From positions 288,001 to 352,000 of the forward strand of contig CAXXUO010000003.1 of assembly GCA_963666485.2 (NCBI GenBank): DNA of 64,000 bases, in the 5' to 3' direction. The position numbers and the translations under genes are program-made. Source of the stretch: Syntrophorhabdaceae bacterium (GTDB lineage Bacteria; Desulfobacterota; Syntrophorhabdia; Syntrophorhabdales; Syntrophorhabdaceae). Positions 21,073 through 30,573 of the stretch are shown here, in pieces. Each line of letters starts with the position of its first letter. Positions within the stretch are counted from its first letter, which is position 1. The notes below the pieces were generated by a model that saw only the letters and a program-made list of their open reading frames with translations, did no database searches and had not been told where the DNA came from.

Positions 21073-22176
21073 CTAGATTTTTTGGAGCCTGTATTTTCTC
21101 GCTCCAAGCCCCAGTTTTTCGGCGTGATCGAGCTGAATGCTCCAGTCGATGCGAGGGTAGAGGGCGCGCCACTTGTCACCGCCCTGGACGGAGATCTCCT
21201 TGATAGCGGTGCCGGGCAGGGACACCTCGTTGTTGACCATGTCGCATGACGCCTGGTCTATGGCCACAGGATCGTCGGATGCCAGGATGCCGATGTCGCG
21301 CACGATCGGGGCGTCGCTGTGGGGGTAGCAATCGCAGGCAGGGCTCACCTGGACGACAAAATTGATAAAAAGTGATCGCTTCTCTTTGTTCTTCAATGCC
21401 CCGGCCGCGTATTCCATCATCTTTTTCTGGAATATGCTGGGGTGTTCGTTCCACTGTATCTCTATCGCGTGGGATGGGCAGATCAGAATACATTCCCCGC
21501 AGCCGATACATTTCTTGCCGTCGATGGAGGCTTTTTTCGATTCGATCCAGATGGCGCCGGACGGGCAATATCCCTGGCACAGCTTGCAGCCCTTGCACGT
21601 GTCGGGGTTTATCTTCGGGGCCACCGTAGAGTGCTGCACCAGCTTTCCCTCGCGTGTTGCGCACCCCATGCCGATGTTCTTGAGCGTCCCGCCGAAGCCG
21701 GACAGTTCGTGGGCCTTGAAATGCGTAACCGCCACCATCGCGTCGGCATCGGCGATCTCTTTCGCGATGTGCACCTCTTTGAGCACCTCGCCCCCGATCG
21801 CCACCCGCGTGCCGCTCATGCCGCGCAAGCCGTCGGCAATGATGAGGGGACATTCGATGCATGAATAGTCGAAACCGTTCTGTATGGCCGTCGTGAGGTG
21901 GTTCACCGTATCGCTTCGGGACCCCGTGTAGAGAGTGTTGGTATCGGTGAGAAAGGGCTTGCCGCCGGCCTCCTTGATCCTCCTCACAATGCTGCGCAGG
22001 AAGACCGGCCGTATATAGCTTGTATTGCCCGCTTCACCGAAATGAAGCTTTATCGCGACGAGATCGTTCTTCCTGATCCTCGTGTCGATCTTCGCGCGGT
22101 TCATGAGATCGACCACTTTGTCGAGGAGGCTGCGATTCGGCGTCGTACGCAGATCTGTGAAGTATACCTTGGTCAT
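21073..22176 (-). CDS. DUF362 domain protein with 2x[4Fe-4S] ferredoxin domain
   Basis: KLHFGE.GN, HFKAH..SGFGG.LKN.GMG, two CxxCxxCxxxCP motifs, DPVAIDQAS. Confidence 0.88.
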   Translation of the reverse strand: MTKVYFTDLRTTPNRSLLDKVVDLMNRAKIDTRIRKNDLVAIKLHFGEAGNTSYIRPVFLRSIVRRIKEAGGKPFLTDTNTLYTGSRSDTVNHLTTAIQNGFDYSCIECPLIIADGLRGMSGTRVAIGGEVLKEVHIAKEIADADAMVAVTHFKAHELSGFGGTLKNIGMGCATREGKLVQHSTVAPKINPDTCKGCKLCQGYCPSGAIWIESKKASIDGKKCIGCGECILICPSHAIEIQWNEHPSIFQKKMMEYAAGALKNKEKRSLFINFVVQVSPACDCYPHSDAPIVRDIGILASDDPVAIDQASCDMVNNEVSLPGTAIKEISVQGGDKWRALYPRIDWSIQLDHAEKLGLGARKYRLQKI

Positions 22177-22258
22177 AAGGGCTCCTTTTCTATTCACATT
22201 ACAGGGAAATTATGTTAGAAGTAAGACACTTTTGTCAACATGTAAGGAGGTTCAACGG

Positions 22259-23437
22259 ATGCTCAATCTTTCGGACAAGCACGGCATGATCCAGAAAATT
22301 GCCGAGAAATTAGCCAAGGAAAAGGTCGCTCCCCGGGCAAAAGAGATCGACAAGACCGGATCGTTCCCCTGGGACCTGGTGGACATATACAAGAAGCACG
22401 GTTTCCTCTACATGATGCTCCCCGAGAAGTTCGGTGGGCTCGACGGCGACATCACGTCGCTGTGCCTTGTCATCGAAGAACTGGCCAAGGTGTCCGGTGC
22501 GTCGTCCCTTATCCCCCTTGCACACAATGTCGGTATCATGCCCATCATGGTCTCGGCAAATGACGAACAGAAGGAATACATCTACAACAAGATATGTGAA
22601 CCCGACAAAATGTACCTCGTCGCTTTCGCCCTGACGGAACCGGATGCGGGCTCCGATGCCTCGCACATGAGGACGCGGGCGGTAAAGGAGGGCGACCACT
22701 ATTACCTCAACGGCAAGAAATCAATGATAACGAACGGGGCAAACGCCCAGTTCTACACGGTCTTTGCCGCCACGAACCCGGCAAAGCGGACAGAGGGCAT
22801 ATCCGCCTTCTACGTCGAAAAGGATTACCCCGGGGTCGTTATCGGCAAGAGCGAAGACAAGATGGGCATGATCGGCTCCGATATAACGGAGTTGATCTTC
22901 GACAATGTCCGCCTGGAAAAGCACAACCTCCTCGGCAAGGAAGGGCAGGGATGGGACATCGCGATGTCGACCCTCAACCTGTCACGGCCCGCCGTCGGTG
23001 CGCAGGCAGTCGGCCTGGCGCAGGGTGCCCTCGATTTTGCCGTGGAGTATGCCTGGAAAAGGGTCCAGTTCGGCCAGAAGCTCGCCGATTTCGAAGGGAT
23101 CCAGTTCATGGTCGCCGATATGGCGACAGGGGTCGAGGCGGCCCGGGCCCTCGTCTACGATGCCGCGCACCTGCTCGATATGAAGGTGTACGAGCGCGAC
23201 AAGATGAGCGCCATAGGCGTCGACAAACTCTCTGCCATGGCAAAGGTCTATTCCGCCGACGTGGCCATGAAGGTAACGACCGATGCGGTCCAGATCCTTG
23301 GCGGATACGGGTACACCAAGGAATACCCGGTCGAGAGAATGATGCGCGACGCAAAGGCGACCCAGATATATGAAGGCACGAACCAGGTGCAGAGAATAGT
23401 CATTGCACGTGACATATTCCGTAATTTTATGGGCTGA
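22259..23437 (+). CDS. Acyl-CoA dehydrogenase
   Basis: FALTEPDAGSD, KMG, GGYGY.KEYPVER.MRDAK.TQIYEGTNQ; SD AAGGAGG before ATG 22259. Confidence 0.93.
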   Translation: MLNLSDKHGMIQKIAEKLAKEKVAPRAKEIDKTGSFPWDLVDIYKKHGFLYMMLPEKFGGLDGDITSLCLVIEELAKVSGASSLIPLAHNVGIMPIMVSANDEQKEYIYNKICEPDKMYLVAFALTEPDAGSDASHMRTRAVKEGDHYYLNGKKSMITNGANAQFYTVFAATNPAKRTEGISAFYVEKDYPGVVIGKSEDKMGMIGSDITELIFDNVRLEKHNLLGKEGQGWDIAMSTLNLSRPAVGAQAVGLAQGALDFAVEYAWKRVQFGQKLADFEGIQFMVADMATGVEAARALVYDAAHLLDMKVYERDKMSAIGVDKLSAMAKVYSADVAMKVTTDAVQILGGYGYTKEYPVERMMRDAKATQIYEGTNQVQRIVIARDIFRNFMG

Positions 23438-23460
23438 TACACCCTTAAAGTGACAATAAA

Positions 23461-23499
23461 AAAGCCGGATGATCGTTCGACCATCCGGCTTTAATTTTT
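23461..23499. terminator. Bidirectional intrinsic terminator
   Basis: AAAGCCGGATG...CATCCGGCTTT hairpin flanked by A and T tracts between convergent genes. Confidence 0.7.
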
Positions 23500-23510
23500 A
23501 TATTTTCGTA

Positions 23511-23795
23511 TCAACCCATCTTTTCAACGAACTCGAAAACGGGAATGGCGGACAGTGTCGTGATCTCGACCGTGCCGCGGGAGCCAAGCTCGGTAGATAC
23601 GCGGGCGATGGTCTCGTTGTCGGGGGCTTCGACGACATTTATAAAGTCATACTTTCCCAGTGTAGCGTACTGGGCAAGGACCTTTGCACCCATTTTCTCG
23701 ATCTCCTTGTCCACCTCTTTGATCCGCTCAGGATGGTTTTTGATCGTTTTGCGCCCTTCGTTGGTCAATTTGCTGACGAGAATGTATATTGGCAT
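23511..23795 (-). CDS. GYD domain protein (copy 1)
   Basis: LG.YD motif, EAPDNE, LGSRG; paralog at 52126. Confidence 0.85.
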   Translation of the reverse strand: MPIYILVSKLTNEGRKTIKNHPERIKEVDKEIEKMGAKVLAQYATLGKYDFINVVEAPDNETIARVSTELGSRGTVEITTLSAIPVFEFVEKMG

Positions 23796-23966
23796 ACAAT
23801 CACCCCTCTTATTTTTGACAATATTATAATAAGGGGTTGCCATATTGCAACACGTTTTTCCGGACAGCCCGCCCGCGAAATCTTGATGCGGACCATGACG
23901 GTTGTCGTTCAGGTTATTGAAACTTGGTTATTATTGTAGTATTATCATCATCATTACGGAGGTAGC

Positions 23967-25280
23967 ATGAGCAAAAAGACCAAAGTCTTCTTGAGCCTCT
24001 TCTTTGTATCGGTTTTCCTTCTCGGCATCATGATCGGGGCACAGGGCAAGAAAACCGCCCAGGGGGGCGAGAACAAGGAGATATATGAATACCTGAGGAC
24101 CTTTTCCGACGTCATTGACCTCGTCAAGCGCAATTACGTTGAAGAGGTCAAGGACAAGGATATCGTCTATGCCGCCATCAAGGGTATACTGGAATCCTTA
24201 GACCCGCACTCGTCATTCCTTCCCCCCGATATGTACAAGGAGATGCAGACCGATACCAAGGGGGAATTCGGCGGGATCGGTATCGAGATAACGATCAAAG
24301 ACGGCTTCCCGACGGTCATCACGCCCATAGAGGACACGCCGGCGTTCAAGGCCGGTATGAAGTCGGGCGACCATATCGTCAAGATAGACGGGAAAAATAC
24401 GAAAAATATGAGCCTGATGGATGTCGTCAAGCTCATCAGGGGACCAAAGGGCAAGGCGGTGACGCTCACGGTCGCGAGAGAAGGGACCCAGGGCCTGAAG
24501 GAATATACCGTCGTCCGCGACACCATACAGGTCAAGAGCGTCAAATACCGGATGCTGACCGACGAGTACGGGTACATCCGTCTGGCGCAGTTCCAGGAAA
24601 AGACGTCGAAAGACCTTGATAACGCCTTGAAAGAGCTTGAAAAGGCGAACAAGGGCAAAGCGCTCAAGGGACTCGTCCTCGACCTCAGGAACGATCCGGG
24701 CGGACTTCTCGAGCAGGCGGTAGAGGTCTCGGATAAGTTCCTCTCCGAGGGGCTTATCGTATCGATCGAAGGGCGTGCAGGAAAGCGCAACCCCGAGGAT
24801 AACAAAATGAAGTTTTACGCCCAGAAAAAGGGCACGAAATATACCGGCCCGATGGTCGTTCTGGTGAACGAAGGCAGCGCAAGCGCATCCGAGATCGTTG
24901 CCGGCGCCCTGCAGGATTACAAGCGTGCCGTTATTGTCGGCACGAAAAGCTTCGGGAAGGGCTCGGTCCAGACCATATTCCCGCTCGGTGACGGCTCCGC
25001 AGTGCGTTTGACGACGGCCAAGTACTATACGCCGAAAGGCAGGTCGATCCAGTCGGAGGGCATCGTTCCGGATATTACGGTCGAGAACAATTTTGTAAAA
25101 TCGCGGGAAAAGGTGACCCCGCTTACCGAAAAGGACCTCGAGAAGAAGACCGACAGAAACCCTGTCGTGAAGCGCCCGGAAGATTTTTCGGTCAAGAACC
25201 TTGAAGATGAAGATTTCCAGCTTTACATGGGGTTGCAGATATTGAAGGGTTGGGAGGCTTTAAGGGGTAAGGCCTCCTGA
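23967..25280 (+). CDS. Carboxyl-terminal processing protease (S41, CtpA/Prc)
   Basis: LDPHS, PDZ GGIGI, DLRNDPGG, SASASEIVAGALQD, FGKGSVQ. Confidence 0.93.
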   Translation: MSKKTKVFLSLFFVSVFLLGIMIGAQGKKTAQGGENKEIYEYLRTFSDVIDLVKRNYVEEVKDKDIVYAAIKGILESLDPHSSFLPPDMYKEMQTDTKGEFGGIGIEITIKDGFPTVITPIEDTPAFKAGMKSGDHIVKIDGKNTKNMSLMDVVKLIRGPKGKAVTLTVAREGTQGLKEYTVVRDTIQVKSVKYRMLTDEYGYIRLAQFQEKTSKDLDNALKELEKANKGKALKGLVLDLRNDPGGLLEQAVEVSDKFLSEGLIVSIEGRAGKRNPEDNKMKFYAQKKGTKYTGPMVVLVNEGSASASEIVAGALQDYKRAVIVGTKSFGKGSVQTIFPLGDGSAVRLTTAKYYTPKGRSIQSEGIVPDITVENNFVKSREKVTPLTEKDLEKKTDRNPVVKRPEDFSVKNLEDEDFQLYMGLQILKGWEALRGKAS

Positions 25281-25301
25281 CACGCGTCAGGACTATCGGA
25301 G

Positions 25302-25339
25302 AACGGGTAAAACTTTTGAGCAGGTTTTGCCCGTTTTTT
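25302..25339 (+). terminator. Intrinsic terminator
   Basis: AACGGGTAAAAC...GTTTTGCCCGTT followed by a T tract. Confidence 0.65.
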
Positions 25340-25416
25340 AACTCATCAGAGCGACGCTGCTTTTTACACGGGTTTTAGATGGCGTTGCCGGTTAAAACAG
25401 ACATTAAGGAGGCAGA

Positions 25417-26640
25417 ATGAAGCCTGTTGAAATCAAACCGGATATTTACTGGGTTGGAGTGATCGACTGGGCTGTGCGTGATTTTCACGGCTATGTCACG
25501 CCGAATGGCACCACGTACAACAACTACCTTATCATGGACCGGGATGTGACCCTTCTCGACACCGTCAAACACGACTTTGACCTGGTCGCTGTGGACAACA
25601 TCAAACGCATTGTAGACCTCAAAAAGATAAAGAATGTTGTGATCAACCATATAGAGCCCGATCATGCGAGCAGCATAGCGACGATCATGGAGCATACACC
25701 CGATGCCACGATATACATAACGGAGCGGGGGAAGAAGGGCCTTGACCGGCATTTCGACACGGCAGCCTGGAAATTTAAGGTCGTGAAGAGCGGGGATACC
25801 CTGAGCACCGGCAAATACACCCTCACCTTCCTGGAAACCCCCATGCTGCACTGGCCCGATTCCATGGTCACATATATTAAAGAAGCGAAGCTCCTCATAT
25901 CGCAGGACGCCTTCGGGCAGCACATGGCGTCGGCATCGCGGTTTGACGACGAGTTTGTCTCCTGCCATTCCCAGTTCGAACTCGATGATGCGATCGTCGA
26001 TTACTACGCGAACATCCTGATGCCGTTCGGTAAATTAATACAGCAAAAAATCGAGGAGGTCGTGAAACTCGGGCTCGAGTTCGACATGATCGCACCGGAC
26101 CACGGCATCATATGGCGGAAGGACCCGGGATACATTATCAGCAGGTACCTCGAACTGGCAAAGGGCAAGGCGGACTTAAGCGCTGTCATTATCTACGATA
26201 CGATGTGGCACTCGACGGAGTTGATGTCCGATCCCGTCATGAACGGCATAAAGGATGCGGGTGTTCCCTGCAAGATAATAAAGTTGCGGGCGACCCCCAT
26301 GAGCGTCGCAATAAAGGAGTTCTGGAGGTCCCGCGGATGCCTTATCGGTACGCCGACCATCAACAATGTCATGTTCCCGTCAATCGCCGAGCTCCTCTAT
26401 CACCTCGGCGGCTTGAGGCCGAAAGACAGGATAATGGGCGCGTTCGGGAGCTTCGGATGGGGCGGCGGCGCGGTCAAGGAGGCCTACGCCCGGTTCACGC
26501 AGATGGGGCTTGAAGTTTTCGAGCCCGGGCTGCAGGTTCACTACAGGCCGTCGAGCCAAGACATGGACACGTGCTATGAGTTCGGTCAGAACTTCGCACA
26601 GCGCCTGAAAGAATACCATGCGAAATACGATATCCTGTAA
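25417..26640 (+). CDS. fprA: Flavodiiron protein (FprA family)
   Basis: GTTYN, NHIEPDH, LHWPDSM, DAFGQH, APDHG; flavodoxin domain FGSFGWGG. Confidence 0.92.
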   Translation: MKPVEIKPDIYWVGVIDWAVRDFHGYVTPNGTTYNNYLIMDRDVTLLDTVKHDFDLVAVDNIKRIVDLKKIKNVVINHIEPDHASSIATIMEHTPDATIYITERGKKGLDRHFDTAAWKFKVVKSGDTLSTGKYTLTFLETPMLHWPDSMVTYIKEAKLLISQDAFGQHMASASRFDDEFVSCHSQFELDDAIVDYYANILMPFGKLIQQKIEEVVKLGLEFDMIAPDHGIIWRKDPGYIISRYLELAKGKADLSAVIIYDTMWHSTELMSDPVMNGIKDAGVPCKIIKLRATPMSVAIKEFWRSRGCLIGTPTINNVMFPSIAELLYHLGGLRPKDRIMGAFGSFGWGGGAVKEAYARFTQMGLEVFEPGLQVHYRPSSQDMDTCYEFGQNFAQRLKEYHAKYDIL

Positions 26641-26660
26641 CACACAGAAGGAGGGTCATT

Positions 26661-27158
26661 ATGTCAAAAACGGAAGAGAATCTTCAGGAAGCATTTGCCG
26701 GTGAATCACAGGCGAACCGGAAATATCTTGCATTTGCCGCAAAGGCGGATGCGGAGGGTTTCAAGCAGGTTGCCAAACTGTTCAGGGCTGCCGCTGAAGC
26801 CGAGACCGTCCATGCCAATAATCATTTAAGGGAGCTCAAGGGGATCAGGAGTACAAAAGAGAACCTGGAAGAGGCGGTCGGCGGGGAGACCCACGAGTTC
26901 AAATCGATGTACCCGGCAATGATAGACGAGGCAAAAGCTGCCGGCTTGAACGGCGCGGTCAGGACGTTCCAGTATGCGAACGATGTAGAAAAAGTGCATG
27001 CGGAACTCTATCAGAAGGCACTCGATAATCTCGGAAAGAACGAGGAGACCGACTACTGGGTCTGCAAGGTCTGCGGGAATACGGTCGAAGGTCCCGAACC
27101 GCCCGACGAATGCAGCGTCTGCAAGGCCAAGAAGATGGCTTTTTACAAGGTAAGCTAG
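26661..27158 (+). CDS. rbr: Rubrerythrin
   Basis: AFAGESQA, EAETVHA, EKVH, C-terminal CxxC...CxxC. Confidence 0.92.
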   Translation: MSKTEENLQEAFAGESQANRKYLAFAAKADAEGFKQVAKLFRAAAEAETVHANNHLRELKGIRSTKENLEEAVGGETHEFKSMYPAMIDEAKAAGLNGAVRTFQYANDVEKVHAELYQKALDNLGKNEETDYWVCKVCGNTVEGPEPPDECSVCKAKKMAFYKVS

Positions 27159-27234
27159 GCAACAAAAGGAGACGCAGGGCCGGGCAGGCCTCATCATGGC
27201 TTTCCCGGCATTATCATGCCCCGGGGGTAACACC

Positions 27235-27804
27235 GTGAGAATTCTCGTATTCAATGGAAGTCCCAGAGTAGGTGGAAATACTGACCTTCTCGTTCAGTCG
27301 GCATTAAAAGGGATCGATCGGGCACTGAACCGCGTCGATTATTTCAGGCTCAACGATATGGAGATCAAGCCGTGCCAGAACTGCGGCGGTTGCACGGAAA
27401 CCCGTGTATGCGTCATCAAGGACAAGATGCAGCAGCTCTATCCGGCTATCAGGAAAGCTGACCGGGTCATACTGGCGTCCCCGATCTATTTCAGTGGCCT
27501 GTCTGCGCAGACAAAGATCATGATCGACAGATGTCAGCCCTTCTGGTGTGAAAAGTACATTCACAATATGCCTATTGCAGGCAAGATCCACAGAAAAGGC
27601 CTTCTCCTCCTGGTGGGAGGCATGAAAAGGCAGATCGGGGCGGATTGCTCGAATGCGACGGCAACGGCCTTTTTCAGGAGCATCAGCGTAGAAGAACACA
27701 AAACCCTCGCCTTCCTCGGGGTAGATAAGCCGGCAGGGATCAAGGACCACCCGACAGCCCTGCAGGACGTTTATGACGCGGTGAAGAACATTTCCTCGCA
27801 CTAA
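27235..27804 (+). CDS. Flavodoxin-family / iron-sulfur flavoprotein
   Basis: GSPR.GGNT, CxxCxxC.....C, ASPIYF; start taken at GTG 27235. Confidence 0.85.
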   Translation: MRILVFNGSPRVGGNTDLLVQSALKGIDRALNRVDYFRLNDMEIKPCQNCGGCTETRVCVIKDKMQQLYPAIRKADRVILASPIYFSGLSAQTKIMIDRCQPFWCEKYIHNMPIAGKIHRKGLLLLVGGMKRQIGADCSNATATAFFRSISVEEHKTLAFLGVDKPAGIKDHPTALQDVYDAVKNISSH

Positions 27805-27824
27805 TTCTACAATTTTATAGTAGT

Positions 27825-28011
27825 CGTCATTCCCGCGAAGCGGGAATCCAGCGTCTTTGTCCTTGAATCTGTACAGGTTTTCAATTATGTGATCTCTTGC
27901 GTAGAAGGCAGCGAGCAGCTGATCTACGGACACAGGATGTATACACCTCTCCGGGTATTGCGCAAAAAAACAACGAGAAAGACGCTGGATTCCCGCTTCG
28001 CGGGAATGACG
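27825..28011. repeat. REP doublet: perfect 34-bp terminal inverted repeats
   Basis: CGTCATTCCCGCGAAGCGGGAATCCAGCGTCTTT (27825-27858) and its exact reverse complement (27978-28011). Confidence 0.95.
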
Positions 28012-28095
28012 GCAGATTTTATAGGTGAGCTTCCACTCCCGGGTTTTTATCGACCGCCGCATTACGAAGGACGGGCTTCGAGAGTGGCGATGGCG

Positions 28096-28124
28096 TTGAC
28101 ATTAAGATATCCGCATAGTATAAA
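28096..28124 (+). promoter_or_regulatory. Sigma70-type promoter upstream of feoAB
   Basis: TTGACA-17 nt-TATAAA. Confidence 0.65.
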
Positions 28125-28151
28125 CAAACGCGTGATGAAAGGCTTATATTA

Positions 28152-30392
28152 ATGAGCGAAGAATTATTTCCCGTTACCCTGCTCGACGAGGGCCAGGAAG
28201 CCGTCGTACGCCTGTTGTCGGGGGGAGAGAGCCTGACCGGGCGCCTTGCCTCCATGGGGATCATCCCGGGAAGCCGGATAAAGCTCCTGAGAAAGAGCCG
28301 CGGCCAGATAATCGTCCTGGCATCGGATACGCGTGTTGCGCTTGGCAAGACCCAGGCAGAAAAGATACTGGTCAAAAGGGAGGCGCTCCACGAAGAAGAG
28401 GCGCCGAAGCCTGACCGCACGCTCCTCGTTGCACTTGCCGGACAGCCCAATGTGGGGAAAACGACCGTTTTTAACCTGTTGACAGGGCTTTCCCAGCACA
28501 TAGGCAATTGGCCCGGCAAAACCGTTGAACGAAAAGAGGGTACGCACCGGATAGGCAATACCGAGATAAAGCTTGTTGACCTCCCCGGGACATACAGTCT
28601 CAGTGCCTATTCTGAAGAAGAACGCGTAACGCGTGAATTTCTCATCCACGAGCATCCCGATGTGACCGTACTTTTCGTCAACGCTTCCGCCCTCGAAAGA
28701 AGCTTGTACCTCCTCACTGAACTCCTGCTGCTCAGGTCCCCGGTCATCCTTGCCGTCAATATGCTTGATGTAGCGGAGGGGCAGGGCGTTCACATCGATG
28801 TCGAAGCCCTCGAGTCATCTCTCGGCATCCCCGTCATTCCAACTGTTGCCACCAAAAATAAGGGCGTCCGTGAACTGCTCGAAGAGATCCTGAAGATAAC
28901 GAAAAATCAATCGGTGTACCGGCCAAAGATACCGCAGGTCACGACAGACCACCGGGACATATTCCAGAAGATCGCCGAGGTTGTCAGGGATTACGTACCT
29001 TTACCCTACACGGTCGACTGGGTGGTCACGAAGCTGATGGAAGGTGATAGCGAGGTCACGGAGGTATTTCGCGAGGTCGTTCCTGTTTCTGTCTGGAATG
29101 AGATACAGGGCCTGCTTGTTGCCCATGAGGACGCGCTTCGGTCGGTGGTCGGCGGGCGGTATGACTGGATCGAAGAGGCGACGCGTGCGGCGGTCTCACG
29201 CTTCAGGCGCGGACAGGTCCTGATGACAGACCGCATTGACCACGTGCTGACCCGGCCATCGACAGGCATACCTGTCCTTCTCGGGATACTTGCCGTGGTC
29301 TTCGTCGTTACGTTCCTCATCGGCTACCCCCTGCAGAGGCTCCTGGAATCCGTGGTATCGTGGCTCGGATCGGCTGTCGACGGCAGCCTGGCATCGGAGC
29401 CTCAGTGGATGCGGGGCCTGTTGGTCAACGGCATCATCGGCGGGGCCGGTTCCGTGCTTACATTCGTTCCCATACTGGCCATCTTCTTCTTCGCCATGTC
29501 GTTTCTTGAAAATGTCGGTTACATGGCCCGCGCCGCGTTCGTCATGGACAGGTTCATGCATATCATCGGCCTGCACGGGAAGAGCTTTCTGCCCATGTGC
29601 CTGGGGTTCGGGTGCAACGTCGCATCGGTCCTGGGTGCACGGATAGTAGAGTCGAGGAAGGCAAGGCTTCTTACAATATTCCTGTCGCCGCTTGTCCCGT
29701 GCACGGGACGGCTCGCTGTCATAACCTTTGTAACGGCCGCGGTTTTCGCGGGTCACGGGCTCATCATGAGCTGGGTCCTCGTCGCCCTGAATATCGTGAT
29801 GCTGGGTATTGCGGGTACGATGATAGGCCGATTGTTTCTCAAGGAAGAGCAGGTCCCGTTCATCATGGAACTGCCCCTCTACCACACCCCGGATTTTCGG
29901 ACGATAAGTATCGTAGTATGGCATCGCACGGTCGCTTTCGTGAAGAAAGCCGGTACCGTTATACTCGTTTTTTCCATCATACTCTGGATCATATCGAATG
30001 TCCCGTCAGGGACGGTTGAAAAAAGCATTCTCGGCAGGATAGGGATGTTCCTGGAGCCGGTGGGCAAACCTCTCGGACTTGACTGGCGAATGCTTGTCGC
30101 CCTGCTATCGAGCGTTATAGCGAAAGAGAATTCCGTCGCAACGCTGGGTATCCTGTACAACGTCGGGGACCAGGGCCTGATGAACGTCCTGTCCGGCACG
30201 ATTCCCCACGCCTCCGCTGTTTCATTCCTCGTTGTCCTCATGCTTTTCATCCCCTGCGCTCCGACAATAACCGTCATGAAACAGGAAATGGCCGACAGGA
30301 AATGGTTCGTCATTTCCTTCGTTTTCATGCTGGTCCTCTCCTACGTTATGGGAATGGCGGCGTACGGTATCGCGCGCATGGCAGGTATATGA
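28152..30392 (+). CDS. feoB: Ferrous iron transporter, FeoA-FeoB fusion
   Basis: N-terminal FeoA SH3-like (RLASMGI.PG), G1 GQPNVGKTT, NWPG.TVE, DLPG.YSL, membrane domain GFGCNV. Confidence 0.92.
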   Translation: MSEELFPVTLLDEGQEAVVRLLSGGESLTGRLASMGIIPGSRIKLLRKSRGQIIVLASDTRVALGKTQAEKILVKREALHEEEAPKPDRTLLVALAGQPNVGKTTVFNLLTGLSQHIGNWPGKTVERKEGTHRIGNTEIKLVDLPGTYSLSAYSEEERVTREFLIHEHPDVTVLFVNASALERSLYLLTELLLLRSPVILAVNMLDVAEGQGVHIDVEALESSLGIPVIPTVATKNKGVRELLEEILKITKNQSVYRPKIPQVTTDHRDIFQKIAEVVRDYVPLPYTVDWVVTKLMEGDSEVTEVFREVVPVSVWNEIQGLLVAHEDALRSVVGGRYDWIEEATRAAVSRFRRGQVLMTDRIDHVLTRPSTGIPVLLGILAVVFVVTFLIGYPLQRLLESVVSWLGSAVDGSLASEPQWMRGLLVNGIIGGAGSVLTFVPILAIFFFAMSFLENVGYMARAAFVMDRFMHIIGLHGKSFLPMCLGFGCNVASVLGARIVESRKARLLTIFLSPLVPCTGRLAVITFVTAAVFAGHGLIMSWVLVALNIVMLGIAGTMIGRLFLKEEQVPFIMELPLYHTPDFRTISIVVWHRTVAFVKKAGTVILVFSIILWIISNVPSGTVEKSILGRIGMFLEPVGKPLGLDWRMLVALLSSVIAKENSVATLGILYNVGDQGLMNVLSGTIPHASAVSFLVVLMLFIPCAPTITVMKQEMADRKWFVISFVFMLVLSYVMGMAAYGIARMAGI

Positions 30393-30404
30393 AAAAAAAG
30401 AAGA

Positions 30405-30438
30405 AGACGGTTCAAGGTTCAATGTTCGAGGTTCAATG
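30405..30438. repeat. GTTCAA-type heptamer array
   Basis: AAGACGGTTCAAGGTTCAATGTTCGAGGTTCAAT after the feoB stop. Confidence 0.85.
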
Positions 30439-30573
30439 TAAAAAGATACATGCCGCGCTGTAGTGGGCAAATGTGCCGGGTATGGTGTATAATAAACCTG
30501 AGCATATGACCGCCGGAAAGAAAAGACCGCAACAATGCCTGCCGAACAGGAAATAATATAAAATAGGAAATGT

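Noticed and set aside
22259..23437. Specific call as a cyclohexane/cyclohexene-carboxyl-CoA dehydrogenase
   Set aside because: Plausible for an aromatic-degrading syntroph, but substrate cannot be assigned from motifs without a phylogeny
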